DNA of 64,000 nt from Emiliania huxleyi CCMP1516 (lineage: Eukaryota). Location: positions 1,119,440 to 1,183,439 of the forward strand of contig NW_005201792.1 of assembly GCF_000372725.1 (NCBI RefSeq). Reading direction: 5' to 3'. Below, one piece after another: positions 47,521 to 59,249 of the stretch. The notes below the pieces were generated by a model. That model ran no database searches, was not told where the DNA came from, and worked only from the letters and a program-made list of their open reading frames with translations. A program made the position numbers and the translations under genes. The stretch's first letter is position 1. Every line of letters starts with the position of its first letter.

Positions 47521-47973
47521 GGAGGTTTCTTGCAAAACCCTTACCCAGACGAACCAAAAATCCAAAAAGACAGACAAATGTATTGTGTCGGGCTACCGTC
47601 CAAAGGCGGGTGTAGTCGACCAAGGGACCACGAATCTGGTCTGTCGACAGCACGAATTTGGGATGGGACACCTTCGGGACCCGGCTGCGTGCTACTTGGA
47701 TAGCACGCTTTCGGAGACACGGAGACGCTACTAGTACCGACGGCTAAGGCCGAGGCAGAAAAGGTTTCTGTTTTTCTCCGCTTTTCTTCACAGGATTTTC
47801 CTGTGAAGAGAGACGTAGAGAAACATACCTTTCAAACTCGGTGTCGAACCACCAGCTCGACGCTCACTACAAGTGAGTACAACAAAGAAAAATGCGCGGG
47901 GTTTCACATAGGGCGAGCGTGCTGCGCCCCCCACTCTGCGGATCCACACTTTACTGCCAGTGCCAACACTTCC

Positions 47974-50488
47974 ATGGCGTCATCGGCGCCGGCGGGCTCC
48001 GTGCACACGGTCTTTTCCGCCGAGTGCAACCCGATGTTCGACTGGCACTCGGTGGCCCTCTTTCACTCGCACCGGACGTCGGGCCAGCCGGGTGGCATCA
48101 CTCGCCTCCTCGCGTGCGACAAAGAGGCGCTCGCAAGCTACCGTGGCCTGGACATCGGCCCGACCTTCGTGCACCCCAACCTGCGGCACTGGGCCGGTCA
48201 CAACTACGCGGCGCTCAACAAGCCCGGCTCGGTCAAGGCCTGGCTCGAGTCGGGAGAGGTGCCGGAGAGCGTCGAGTATGTCTTGTTCATCGACGCCGAC
48301 ATGCTCATCAACCGGCCGCTAATTCCCGCCGAGGTTGGCGCGAGGCGCGGCACCGTCGTCTCTGCGCCCTACGACTACCTCGTCGGCACCGCGCAGGGCC
48401 TCGCCGACCTCTTCAACGTCTCCAACCAGCAGATGATGGCGCGCTGCGGAGGCGCTGCGCCTCCCCGCACGAGGCGAGGCCCTGCAGCGCTGCACCTCAC
48501 GCCTCGCGCCGCGGGCAGGCATGCACCTCTTCCACCTCGATGACCTGCGCCGGATCGCCCCGCTCTGGCTCGAGTACACCCAGCGGGTCCGCGTCTTCGT
48601 ATGAGCAGCCAAAGCTCACCCAAACCACAACCCTATCACCCCTCGCCCTAACCCCAGGTCCGTGTCTTCGCCTGCGAGCAGCCAAAGCGCTTCTACGAGC
48701 TGGCGTCGCCGCCCGCGCAAGGCGGGCCGGCGAGGGAGGCGCGGCGCCCTTCGGCAGTGCGCCTCACCCGCAGAGGTTTGCGACAGGCGGCGAGGTCGGG
48801 AACGGGCGGCGGCGCCAGTTCATGTGGATGGTCGAGATGTACGGATATGTCTTTGGAGCCGCCGAGGCGACACACGCGCCGCAGCGGCGGGTCGAGTCTG
48901 CGAGCCTCCCGTGAAGCTGCTCGGAAGCTTCCTCTAGGCGGGCGTGCCGCACCACAAGATCTCGACCGAGATGATGGGGTACGTCGGCATGGTTGGCGTG
49001 GCGCCCGGCTCCTTCATCCTGTGCGCTGTAGTAGCGGGTGGGTGGTACGTCCCCCCGCGACTCGACGACCGCGAGCCCGTCCCGCCCTCCTGCGGTCCCG
49101 CCAGGCACTACGGACTTGACTGGAAGCTGGAGAGCAAAGACGCGGGCGGCCACCCGCTCAACGCGCCCCGCTGAGAACACCGTCTTCACGCGTGCTGCTG
49201 CCGTGAACAGGCGGGCGGCTACCAGTTCAACAAGCTCAGCTACGTCGACCTCGACCCAGCCCGCTGCCAGGGCTTCTTCTTTCCGGTGCCGCCCTTCGAG
49301 CAGGAAGACGTCCGCTACCGCGACCGGCTCTGCGTGCGGCAGATGCAGGACTTCAACGACGCGCTCTGCTCGTACTACGCGCGCCACTGCGTCCACCCGC
49401 CCCGCTGCCCCGCCCGCTCGCTCGCCGCGCTCAAGAAGCTGCTGCCGAGCCAGCAGGGCGAGAGCTGCCACGACTCGGACCAGAACTGCCTCTCGTGGGC
49501 GCGCAGCGGCGAGTGCGAGCGAAACACAGGAGAGTCGCGCCCTCCCACCCACCCCTCTCGTGGGCACGCAGCGGCGAGTGCGAAACACAGGAGAGTCGCG
49601 CCCCGGGGGGGGGAGCGCCCTCCCACCCACCCCGCCCGGCCCCACCCTACCCCACCCCACCCACCCTCCCCTCCCGCCCGCCCCTCGCCGGCAGGCTTCA
49701 TGACCGCCAACTGCCGCCAGTCGTGCGGCAAGTGCGACCATGTCGTCTTACTCGGCACGCCGGCCAACTGCGCCGACGCGGCCGAGTGCGGCGGCGCGCG
49801 CGAGGCTGGCCGCTGCGAGGCGGACGCAGTTGCGCTCTTGCAGGCAAGAGTGCGGGGCACAGCCTCTCCTGACACGACTCGCTGCTAGCAGGCGGACGTG
49901 GCGCTCATGCAGGAGGAGTGCGCCGCGACTTGCGGCTTCTGCTCGAAGGCCGTGGAGGCGGACACGCCCGCAGAGAGGCGCAGCTTCGACCACCAGTGCC
50001 CCGACGGGACCGATTTGGGCGGCGGTGACAACTCGTCCCCCTCCCTGCTCCACCCGCCGCCGCCGCCGCCCTCGCCGCTGGCGTCCCCGCCCTCGCCCTC
50101 CTCCACCGCTGCCGCCCGCGTCTCGCCGGCGCCGGCGCCGGTGCTTGCCCGCTCTGCCGCTCGGCCGGTGGAGCAGCCACCCCGTGGCGTGGAGGCCCGT
50201 GGCATGGAGTGGCCGCGGCCGGTGCCGCATCCCTCGCGGAAGGAGGCTGCGCCGCCGGGCGACATGCCCGCGCAGGCGGCGCGGCGCATGCCGCCCCGAC
50301 CCAGAGAGCTGTACGCGGCCGAGCCGAGTGTGGCGACGGACGGGCTCCTGCTCGCCTGGCCCTTCTTTCTCGTCGCGGCTATCGCCCTCGTGGGCTTGGG
50401 GTGGGTGTTGCGTGGCGCGTCAGACCGCAGGCGAAAGCTCAGGCTCGCAGGCGGAGTGACGAGCAGCCGGCGTGTTCCGCCTGTGTGA
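47974..50488 (+). CDS. Peptidyl-serine alpha-galactosyltransferase/HPAT-like protein with ShK domains and C-terminal TM (multi-exon)
   Basis: VHTVFSAEC..FDW....HS...SGQPG.ITRLLAC, YAALNKP, DADM, HLDDLRRIAPLW, W..EMYGY.F; ShK-like CHDSDQNC.SWA..GEC..N..FM..NC..SC..C. Confidence 0.85.
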
Positions 50489-50757
50489 GCCCGCAAGCTA
50501 TGTGTGAGTGCTGCGGCAGTGACGCCAGTGTTAGTACCAATTAAGCGCGTGGACGGCTTCGCTCCTCTCGGCCCTCTGAGACTGTGGTCTCCCACACTCC
50601 CTCTCGATAAGGCTCTCTCTCTATGAGACGTCACAATCCTCTCCGTCGATCTCCGCAAAAAGAGCACAACTCCGACACCCCTCAGCCCTCTGCGGACTGC
50701 GCGTGGGCCCCGTCGCCCGTGGCGTTTTGACGCGTGGCGCAATAGGACCAAGCTGGT

Positions 50758-51927
50758 CTAGATCTTGTCCAGGAGCTTGAGCGTGTTGCGGCCCATGAAG
50801 GTGGTGAGGGAGGCCGCCACCTTGCGTGCGACCGCGGCGTGCGGGCCCAGCAGTGGCAAATAAGACCGGACGAGCGTAAAGACGAAGTTGCCAAACTTGA
50901 GCGATGAACCCATCACGTCCGCACTCGCGTCTGCGCGGCAGAGGAGCGCCGCCAAAACCTCCGTCGAGAGGGGCGGCTTCAGGGCGAGCGCCTCCTTGAG
51001 CACCACCACGTGCAGCTCGCCCCAGCTCCCGCCCTCGCCCTCGCCGCCGCCGCTGCCGCCGCCGCCGCCACTGCCGCCGCCGCCGCCGCCGCCGTCGCTG
51101 CCGCCGCCACCGCCGTCGCTGCCGCCGCCGCCGCTGCCGACCGTGCCGCCGCCGCGTGCCAAGGCCTCGACGAGACGTGCCAGGGTCGGAGGCGGCAGCT
51201 GCTTCGCGATGCGCGTGAGGGCCTCTGCCTGCGGTCCGGCTGCAGCGTCGGTGGTGAGAGTGAGCGGAAGCACGAGAGCCTCGAGGAGGGCGCCCGCGTG
51301 GCTGGAGAGGAGAGGGCCCGTCGCTGCGGCGAGGAGTCCGCGGGTCGCTGGCCGGCCACCGAGCGCCTGGAACCGCGGCAGCAGCCCGCGCCGGATGAAG
51401 GCGGCGGCGGCGTGGCCGGCGCAGCCCGCATCGCCGAAGGCGCGCGAGAGCGCCAGCACCGCCGCCTCTGGGAGCGAGGCGAGGTCGAGCAGCAAGAGCG
51501 CGCGAGAGGCGTGGTGCGGCGAGACGCAGCACGAGTCCACGAGCAGGCGAAGGCCCGACTCGCACGCGCGCTCGAGCGCCTCGTCACTCGCATGCGGTGC
51601 AGTAAGCTGTGGCTTCAGCGCCGCGATGCCATCCGCCGCTGAGCCCAAGTCTCCCTGTTCAGCCGGCGCCTTGGGGGCGGCCAGCGTTCCGGGCGGCAAA
51701 GTCCGCAGCCGCTTGGGTATCGCGGCGCCATCGCTGCTGGACTCTCTCTCGTCAGCAGCACGCTTTGCGCAGTCACTGCCCGCCGCCGCCGCCGCTGCAT
51801 CCTCCGCCGCTCTTTCGTACTCCTCCCACCCGTCGCGAAGTCGCACAGGCGGCGTGGCGGCGGCGGGTGCGGCAGGCACGTCGAACGGGTCGAGCGCGCA
51901 GCGCTCGGTCGGCAGCAGAAAGGCCAT
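50758..51927 (-). CDS. Fanconi anemia group E (FANCE)-like protein
   Basis: Helical Leu-rich body. The C-terminus SLKFGNFVFTLVRSY...LTTFMGRNTLKLL resembles the FANCE C-terminal motif as I recall it. Confidence 0.6.
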   Translation of the reverse strand: MAFLLPTERCALDPFDVPAAPAAATPPVRLRDGWEEYERAAEDAAAAAAGSDCAKRAADERESSSDGAAIPKRLRTLPPGTLAAPKAPAEQGDLGSAADGIAALKPQLTAPHASDEALERACESGLRLLVDSCCVSPHHASRALLLLDLASLPEAAVLALSRAFGDAGCAGHAAAAFIRRGLLPRFQALGGRPATRGLLAAATGPLLSSHAGALLEALVLPLTLTTDAAAGPQAEALTRIAKQLPPPTLARLVEALARGGGTVGSGGGGSDGGGGGSDGGGGGGGSGGGGGSGGGEGEGGSWGELHVVVLKEALALKPPLSTEVLAALLCRADASADVMGSSLKFGNFVFTLVRSYLPLLGPHAAVARKVAASLTTFMGRNTLKLLDKI

Positions 51928-52403
51928 CGTTTGGCGGGAAGAATTCGCGCGCCCACAGCACACTGGGGAGATGGTTTCTTTCTTTCAGAGAGCGAATTGG
52001 GAGAGAGACAGCGGACCACTGCTGGCAATAACACGGGAGCTGTCAGCGGGCTGCTGGCTAACGGGGAAAGAAAGCCTGCCTATTTCCTACGTAAAAAGCC
52101 CGAAATCGCACGACAGGACGGTTAGTGACAATCCACACCTGATCCACACACGCGCACGTTCTTCCTTTCGCTTTTGCTGTTCCTTCTCTCGATGAGATTG
52201 CGCAGTCCTTCCTGTCCAGTTCATGTCCGTCTCGATCTTGTTGCACAGCGGTCAGCGGTCAGCGCCAAAATCTCAAGTCCATATTGATATCTCGACGCCG
52301 ATGGAGAGTTGCCCCCCCCCCTTCCGTGGTCCGAGTGCGGTTCAGACCTCAAATCAACGGTGATGAAGCTGAGTGGCGGCTTTCGCGCGACAATCGAGAG
52401 CTC

Positions 52404-54553
52404 TCACTGGTTGATGGCGGCGCGGCCGATGGCGACGAACCCGGCGGAGAGGAGAGCGGCGAAGGGCAGCGTCAGCACCTAGCAGGCGTGTGGGGCGTGC
52501 AGGCGAGTTGTGCCGCGCACCCAAGCCGACGACAGGATCTAGCTAGGCGCGCGCCCAAGTGAGCGCAATCTTGCCAAAGAGCTTGCAGTTGGCGCCCCCC
52601 CCCTCAGCCTTTTCCTCCGGCTTCTTGCCGCAGTCCTTGACGAGGCCGATGAAGACGACGGCGCCCACCTTTAAGCGCAGAGAGAATCAGGCCCCGGTGC
52701 GGTGAAACCTACCCATCGACACCCAGTAGGCTGTGGGGGCGGGCTGAGCTCTCCCCTCGTACGTGTCTCCCCACACGCCGTCCTGTGATAGGAAGGGAGG
52801 GGGGGGGGGGGATGCAATCCCGGGCTATGACCCCACGCGCCTGGCAGTGCGTGGAGGATACGGGGAGGCCGACGATGGTCGCGATCACCACCTGTGGCAG
52901 GCTCACGACGTATCCGTGAGGCCGGGTGAGAAAGAGTGGGGGGGGACAGAGAGCGGGGGCTAGAGCGGGGCGATTGCTTGGTGTGAGCGACCAAAGGTAT
53001 ATAGAGCCTGATATAGAGGGGGCACGGAGGCATTGGGGGCGAGGGCGGCTCGCCGACAGGGTGGACGCCATCTCGATCGAGAAGCCCATGTGGAAGTTGA
53101 GTTCCGCGAGGTCGGAGCCGATGGTCTGGATGACGCGGTACCCGAGGGTGATGATGCCCAGCGCGACGAACGCGCCCGCGATCGACATGATCCACCACGG
53201 CGTCTCGGCGTCTCCGCACGCGTACAGGCCGTCGGAGTAGGAGAGGTAGACGGCCGAGAAGGCGCCGGTCGAGTTGGCGGTGTCGTTGGCGCCGTGAGCA
53301 AAAGACTCGAGGCATGCGACGAAGACGAGCACGTACTTGAACACGTTGAGTGCGTCTTCCTGGCCGTGCTCGAGCACGTGGCCGATGCGCATCCACTTCC
53401 AGAGCAGAGTGCGCATCGGCGAGGTGAAGTCGTCGATGGCATTCTCCATGCGCGTCTTCATGCCGGCGCGGTGCACCAGGTCTTCGTACTCCTGCTGCGA
53501 CATGCGCACGACCTTCTCCTCGTCCTCGGCGGCTGCCACGCCCGGCAGCGTGCTCTCCGGCGGGCTCGGCGGCGGGCTCACCAGCGCGAGGCGGTCCTCG
53601 AGCTCTCGAACGCGAGCCGGCAGAGACGTCATCTCCTCCCGCCTCGCCGCCTCCTCCGCCTCGAGCGCCTCGCGGTCCCTCACCGAGGAGGGCAGCCTCT
53701 TGGCCACCTCAGGCGTGACGACGAAGGTCGCGAGGACGTGCATCACGACGCCGATGGCCACGGCGATGATGATCTTGCCCATGATTGGGATGCTCTTGGT
53801 GGGCTTGGACTTGAGCATGATCATGAAGGCGATGATGAAGGTGGCAATCGAGTAGAGGTACGGGAGGAGGAGGAGAGCGTTGCGCGTCGGCTTGCTGGAT
53901 GCGAGCGTGAGCCTCTCGGTCAGCTTGTAGATGCAGATGCCGATGAAGCCGGAGAGGAGCGGCGACGCGACCCAGGAGACGATGATGGCGGAGAGGCCGC
54001 CGTCGAATGACCAGTTCAGGCAGGAAAAGCCGTTCATCTCGTAGGACCCGACGACTGTCATGCCGACGACCGCGCCGACAATCGCGTGCGTGGTGGAGAC
54101 GGGCATCTTGGCGAACGTGGAGAGGAGCAGGAAGATCGTGGCGGCGATGAGGGAGCCGCACATGCCGACGGCGTACACGGACATGCCCGAGTCGCAGTGG
54201 CCGCACCCCCAGCACTCTGGGTCGTCGATGTCGGCCACGCCCTTCTGGATGGTGCCCGAGACGCCGTATCCGAGCAGGGTGGCGCCCAACCACTCGAAGA
54301 AGCCGCCGAGGCAGACGGCGAGGCCGAGCGGGATTGCGCCCGAGCCGACCGACGAGCCCCAAGAATTGGCCGAGTCGTTTGCGCCGATGCAGAAGCACAT
54401 ACCGGCGCCAATGATTGCGCTGACCACGAGGAGAGCGGTGTCTCCTTCCATGTCCGCATACTTGCCGTTGTAGTAGGCACAGGTGCTCTGATTGCCGTCA
54501 AAGGCCGGATCGTTGCAGTCGTAGGCGTGGTCGACACACTCGGCCAGCGGCAT
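52404..54553 (-). CDS. PiT/PHO4-family Na+/phosphate symporter (3 introns near the 3' end)
   Basis: GANDSANS and FAHGANDTANS signatures, PVSTTH and PVSSTHC, multiple TM helices. Confidence 0.93.
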
Positions 54554-56199
54554 GGCGGCGACGGACCTTGGAGCGGCGAAACCAGGCGGGACACAGACCG
54601 ACGGTGGAGAGTGCAGGACTGTCTTTTGGCGTTAGCAATAACGCCGAAAAGACAAAGGAGACCAAAAGATAACGCACGGCCCCCCAGCGGAGCTGGGAAG
54701 AGGACCGCCGCAAGCGGCGTGGCGTGGAGCGGTTGTGCATCCCTCCGGGGGCCCCTCTGCGCCGGGGAGGCGTTGTTGGAGGCTAGGACGCAAGCGTCCG
54801 TCGCCCTTTTCAAACTCGGGGCCCACTCCGCTACGCTCCGACCCGAATTTGGAGGGCCTGAAAAGTTTAAGGTGTTGCTGCGCAAAAGGGTGGGGAGCCG
54901 CGGCGGCGCCGCAGGCGCGGGCGCGCAGTGGAAGCACGCTAGCCATACACATTCGGGTCGTGACGGCTCGAGGGTGCGCACACTAGCGGCCGGACGCCTC
55001 ACCCGCGGACGCCACGCGCACCCTCCAACATCGCCGCCGAGCCCAACGCCCTGCCGTCAATCTCGACGAGCGCCGCACACCTGCGCGGACAGTGGGCAGA
55101 CGTTGCCGCCTTGTGTCCTCGTGTGCCCGGAAAGCCTCGAGCCGGCGCGCACCGGTGGCAGCGCAGGATGAGGCGGCAGCAGTGGAGGGTTGGGGCGCAT
55201 TTGAAGGCGCTGGCCCCGACGCGCCATTAACTGGGTCGGAGTGGTTCCTCACCCCTCTGGTTTCAGTCAAGCGGGAAGAGTCTGTGCAAGGGGGGCGGAT
55301 GGGGCTGGCTGCGTCACCTTGGAGCATGAAAGGTTCCTACAGTAAGGCTACTCGAGTACGCAGCACCTTGGCTTGGCCCCCGAGCGGGGAGGCGGTCGAC
55401 GACGCGCAGCATGGCGGTGAGCGCAGCCTGACGACGCGTCTTGATGGACGGATCCTTCTGCCGGCTGACCAATTCCGCCCACCTCTTGACCGGCGGCTTC
55501 GTCACCAACATGCGCTCGAGAGGCGGAGCAGCCTCGATGCGATCCAGTTCGGTAGCTATCTTGTCGCGCAGCGCATCGTCAAAAGGCAGGTTGTTACAGG
55601 CGTCGCGAGCGTCCCCGAGGTCACGCAGGAGGCCCTCCATATGTGTTGCAATAGCCCCCGGCTGTGGTTGCTGCAGTGCTCCCGTAAAACGAGCGATGTC
55701 TTGGCACCAGCTGATAGCTTGCGTCCGTCCACGGCCCAGATCACATGAGTGGTGCAGAGATTGGGTGTTTCCACAATCAAACCGTCCGTGAAGAGGCGTT
55801 TGTTCACGGACAGCGAGGCTGGCCGCACAGAGGCTGGCCGCAAGCGGAGCTCCCCACCGGCGGCGGGTTTGAGCGCGCCGGCGGCGGACCGCCGCCGGCG
55901 CGCTCGCTTCGGCGGATGGCTGAGCGGCACAGTTTCTGGCCGCCCGGCCTGCGAGCAGTCGCCGCGAGACGATCGAAGGCGCTCAGTTCAAGCGCGCCGC
56001 CATGCCAGATCTCGCCCCACGCCCCGACCAGACCGGGCAGTACGTGCAGGAATGATGCAGGCATGATGGATGGGTGTGGTGAGCACGCCAGCGGCACCGC
56101 TGCGCACTCTCAGGGTCGCAGCCGCCTATCTTGTGAGGGGCGTGGCTCGGGGCGGGCGCGAGAAGTCGAGGAGCGCGGCGCGCGCGTGCGCGCGCGTGC

Positions 56200-56864
56200 T
56201 AAAGTCGGTTTACATTTCATCACTGGTATGAAAGAGAGCCAAAACGGCACGCGCGCCGCGCGCACGCGCGCTCGCATCACCTCAACACTCACACAGCAAA
56301 TCAAAGATGCGGCCAGCCGTGCACCGACAAGTTTCTTCGACGAGTTGTCAGATGTCACGATGCATCCGAAGGGGACCCCAGCGCCGGCATCATCCGTAGA
56401 GGCACGAGTGTTCGAAGAGAGAGTGGACCTGAGCAACAACATGACCTGGAGGCAAATGCTCGGAGTGGGAGTTAGAAATGTGGTCCTTGCGCGAGGGGAG
56501 CTCGATAGACTCGAGGGGCCAGGATATGCAGCAAGGAGGGCGGAGCTGCGCCGAAAGGCGAAAGAAGCCGAGAGAACAAGGGAACGGCAGGCGGCGGCGG
56601 CGCAGGACGAGGCAGAAGAGAATGACGCGACAGAGGAGGAAGTGACAAGGGAGAGAACGACGAGAGTGGGACGGCCGCGAGGTGGCATGAAGGTTGCAGC
56701 GAGAATCGGCGAGAGACTGCGAAAAGAGATAGGAAGAGGCAGACTCCCTAGGGTGGGCGACGGCTAGCGCATCACACTCCTCTCCTTAAAATCCCTGTGT
56801 GGTGGCGGCGTGCCGTCCTCCCATCCCTCCCTTGGGTTGTCTGTTTTCTTTCTTTCTTTTTCTT
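56200..56864 (+). mobile_element. Longest family A retroelement copy (ORF C-terminus, 3' UTR, CTTT tail); left end uncertain
   Basis: ORF ends ...RLPRVGDG* at 56767. The 3' part is shared with 11655-11918, 27855-27922 and 60765-60807. Confidence 0.7.
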
Positions 56865-57652
56865 CGATCAAAAGAGCGAGAGAATCCAACACGCCAGGCC
56901 GCTGCCGCCCAGGCTCGGGCCGAGAGGGAAAAGGCCCTCGACTTTGCTCAGGGCGCAGGGCAGGTTGACGGCGTCTGGTACCTCGACTCCAAGGAACTGA
57001 AGCTTGCACTCGACAGGTGGGAGCGGAGGAACGACTCCGACGCAAGCTCTCTCCCACAATCTCTCGCACAATCTCTCGAACCCAGTGAGCGCGGCAGTGA
57101 TGACTGCCCCATCCTCTCCGAAGATTCGTTCACCGGCTTCTCCGACTGCGCTGATTGGTAGGGCCCCCAAGGGCCTAGAAATCGCGCCTCCCTCTCCCTT
57201 GTCTCCCAGTAGCTAAAAGAAAGAGGGACGGCAGCAAATCTCTGCACGGCTCATGGTTTCTGCACGGTATTCGGATTTTGCTACCGGTATTTGTTCGTGT
57301 GGGGGTATATTGCAGATTTGTCAATGGTACCGCGTCTGCGACGCGGGCGCCTTGCGGGCAGAGCCCTTAGCCACCCTTTATATCTTGCGCGGTCAAAACC
57401 CGACACGAAGTTCCTTATTAGTTATTTTAAGAAGACAGCTTTGGTTGTCTGTTTATGCGCAAACTTTTCTTGCGGATTTTACAAGACCAAACTGAAGGAG
57501 CGAGAAGAGAAGAAAAAATACCTCTCTCAAGGAGCGACCCACGGTGAGCGGTGTCGTCGTGTCGAGCCCGGCACGCGCGTGGCCGCGTGCGTGGGGACCA
57601 ACCAACCCGTGCGACCCGTGCGTCGACGCGCTGCCCGTGTGCGTCTGGGTCC

Positions 57653-58855
57653 TGCTTCTGGCGGTACAACTGGGCGTGGAACACCTTCGATTTGATCGTC
57701 GTTGCCATCGGGACCCTCACGATGGCGGAGGCCATTGGGGGCAACTTCATGCCGCCCTCGATGGCGTTGATTCGCAACCTTCGGGCCTTTCGCATCTTCC
57801 GGCTCTTCAAGCGGATCAAGTCGCTCAACAAGATCATCGTCTCGCTCGGCAAGGCGATTCCCGGCGTCGCCAACGCGTTTGTCATCATGGTGATAATCAT
57901 GTGCATCTATGCCATCCTCGGCGTCGAATTCTACCACATGACGGGCTCCGACGGCACCTATGTCACGTACAACGACAACGTCAAGCGAGGGCTCTGCACA
58001 GGGGACGAGGTAGAGTTGGGCCAATGCTCGCTCAACCAGACGGTCTCGTCCGAGACGGCGAGAGGGTACACGTATGGCGAGGAGTATTATGGCACCTTCT
58101 TCCGCGCGTTGTACACGCTCTTCCAGGTGCTGACGGGCGAATCGTGGTCCGAGGCTGTCGCTCGCCCCGCCGTCTTTGAGTCGCACTATGACTCGTTCGG
58201 GCCCGTCCTCTTTTACGTCTCGTTTATCATCATCTGCCAGATCGTACTGATCAATGTCGTGGTTGCAGTGCTGCTCGACAAGATGGTGGAGGAGGACGAC
58301 TCGGAGGACCCGGAGAAGCAGACGGTCGCCGAGAAGCTTAGCGAGATGCTCTCACAGGAGCACGCGCAGCTTCGGGAGATCTTCCGCACGTGGGACGAGG
58401 ACAACTCGGGCACGATCAGCATCAAGGAGTGGCGCAAGGCCGTCAAGAGCATGGGGTATCGCGGGCCGATCGACGTGCTCGACCAGATCTTCGCGTCGAT
58501 GGACAAGGACCACTCGGGGGAGCTCGACTACGCCGAGATCGACCGCATGCTTTCCCCCACTGCTGCGCGGGAGCGCCGCTCGTCCACGCACGCCAACCCG
58601 AAGCGCTCGGTCAAGGAGGAAGTGGTGGCAATGCGGGCCGAGTTCACGGACCACGTCGCGAGACTGGAGACTCAAATCGCTGCGCTCGTGCTTGAGCTGC
58701 AGTTGCAAAGAAAACCTTGCGGCGCGGAGGCGCCGGCTCCTGCGCACTCGCGACTCGCGCACGACTCGGACGGCGCTCCCACAGAGCCGCCACCTCCTGC
58801 TGCTCCGGATCACCACCACCTCGAGGACGACGAGGACACGACGCAGCGTGTGTGA
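57653..58855 (+). CDS. Single-domain voltage-gated Na+ channel (EukCatB/NavEh type) with EF-hand-like tail; S1-S2 and N-terminus not found upstream
   Basis: S3 WNTFDLIVV, S4 RNLRAFRIFRLFKR, filter TGESWSE, S6 INVVVAVLL, EF-hand loops DEDNSGTISIKE and DKDHSGELDYAE, coiled coil. Confidence 0.9.
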   Translation, partial: CFWRYNWAWNTFDLIVVAIGTLTMAEAIGGNFMPPSMALIRNLRAFRIFRLFKRIKSLNKIIVSLGKAIPGVANAFVIMVIIMCIYAILGVEFYHMTGSDGTYVTYNDNVKRGLCTGDEVELGQCSLNQTVSSETARGYTYGEEYYGTFFRALYTLFQVLTGESWSEAVARPAVFESHYDSFGPVLFYVSFIIICQIVLINVVVAVLLDKMVEEDDSEDPEKQTVAEKLSEMLSQEHAQLREIFRTWDEDNSGTISIKEWRKAVKSMGYRGPIDVLDQIFASMDKDHSGELDYAEIDRMLSPTAARERRSSTHANPKRSVKEEVVAMRAEFTDHVARLETQIAALVLELQLQRKPCGAEAPAPAHSRLAHDSDGAPTEPPPPAAPDHHHLEDDEDTTQRV

Positions 58856-59249
58856 CGCGGCGTCCTGTTCGGTTTTTATTTGGGGGCAGGCGCTCGTCCG
58901 CGAGTTCGAACGGGAACGCACCCTGCTGGTTCATTCACGCTCCCCGTGCGTAGGTATTTTGAGACTCGTGAAGTCTCCTTGCTACGGCTCTGAGTAGGTC
59001 CTTGCAACTTGCATGTCTCGCATGTGGTGGTCGCCTATGTACAGAGGAGGGTGGACAGTACGTCTCTGCGGCTTTGTTTCTACTCTCTTCAAAAAAACGA
59101 GACGCAAGAAACGGCCGGTACCCACGTACGCCCGCCCGTCGTCTCTTTCCGCACTCGGCGCGGTCCCCCCTCACGCGGTCTCGCCCACATATACCCCGCC
59201 CACGCGCCGCACCACGCGCTCCGCGACCACCGCCATCCTCCTTGGACTG

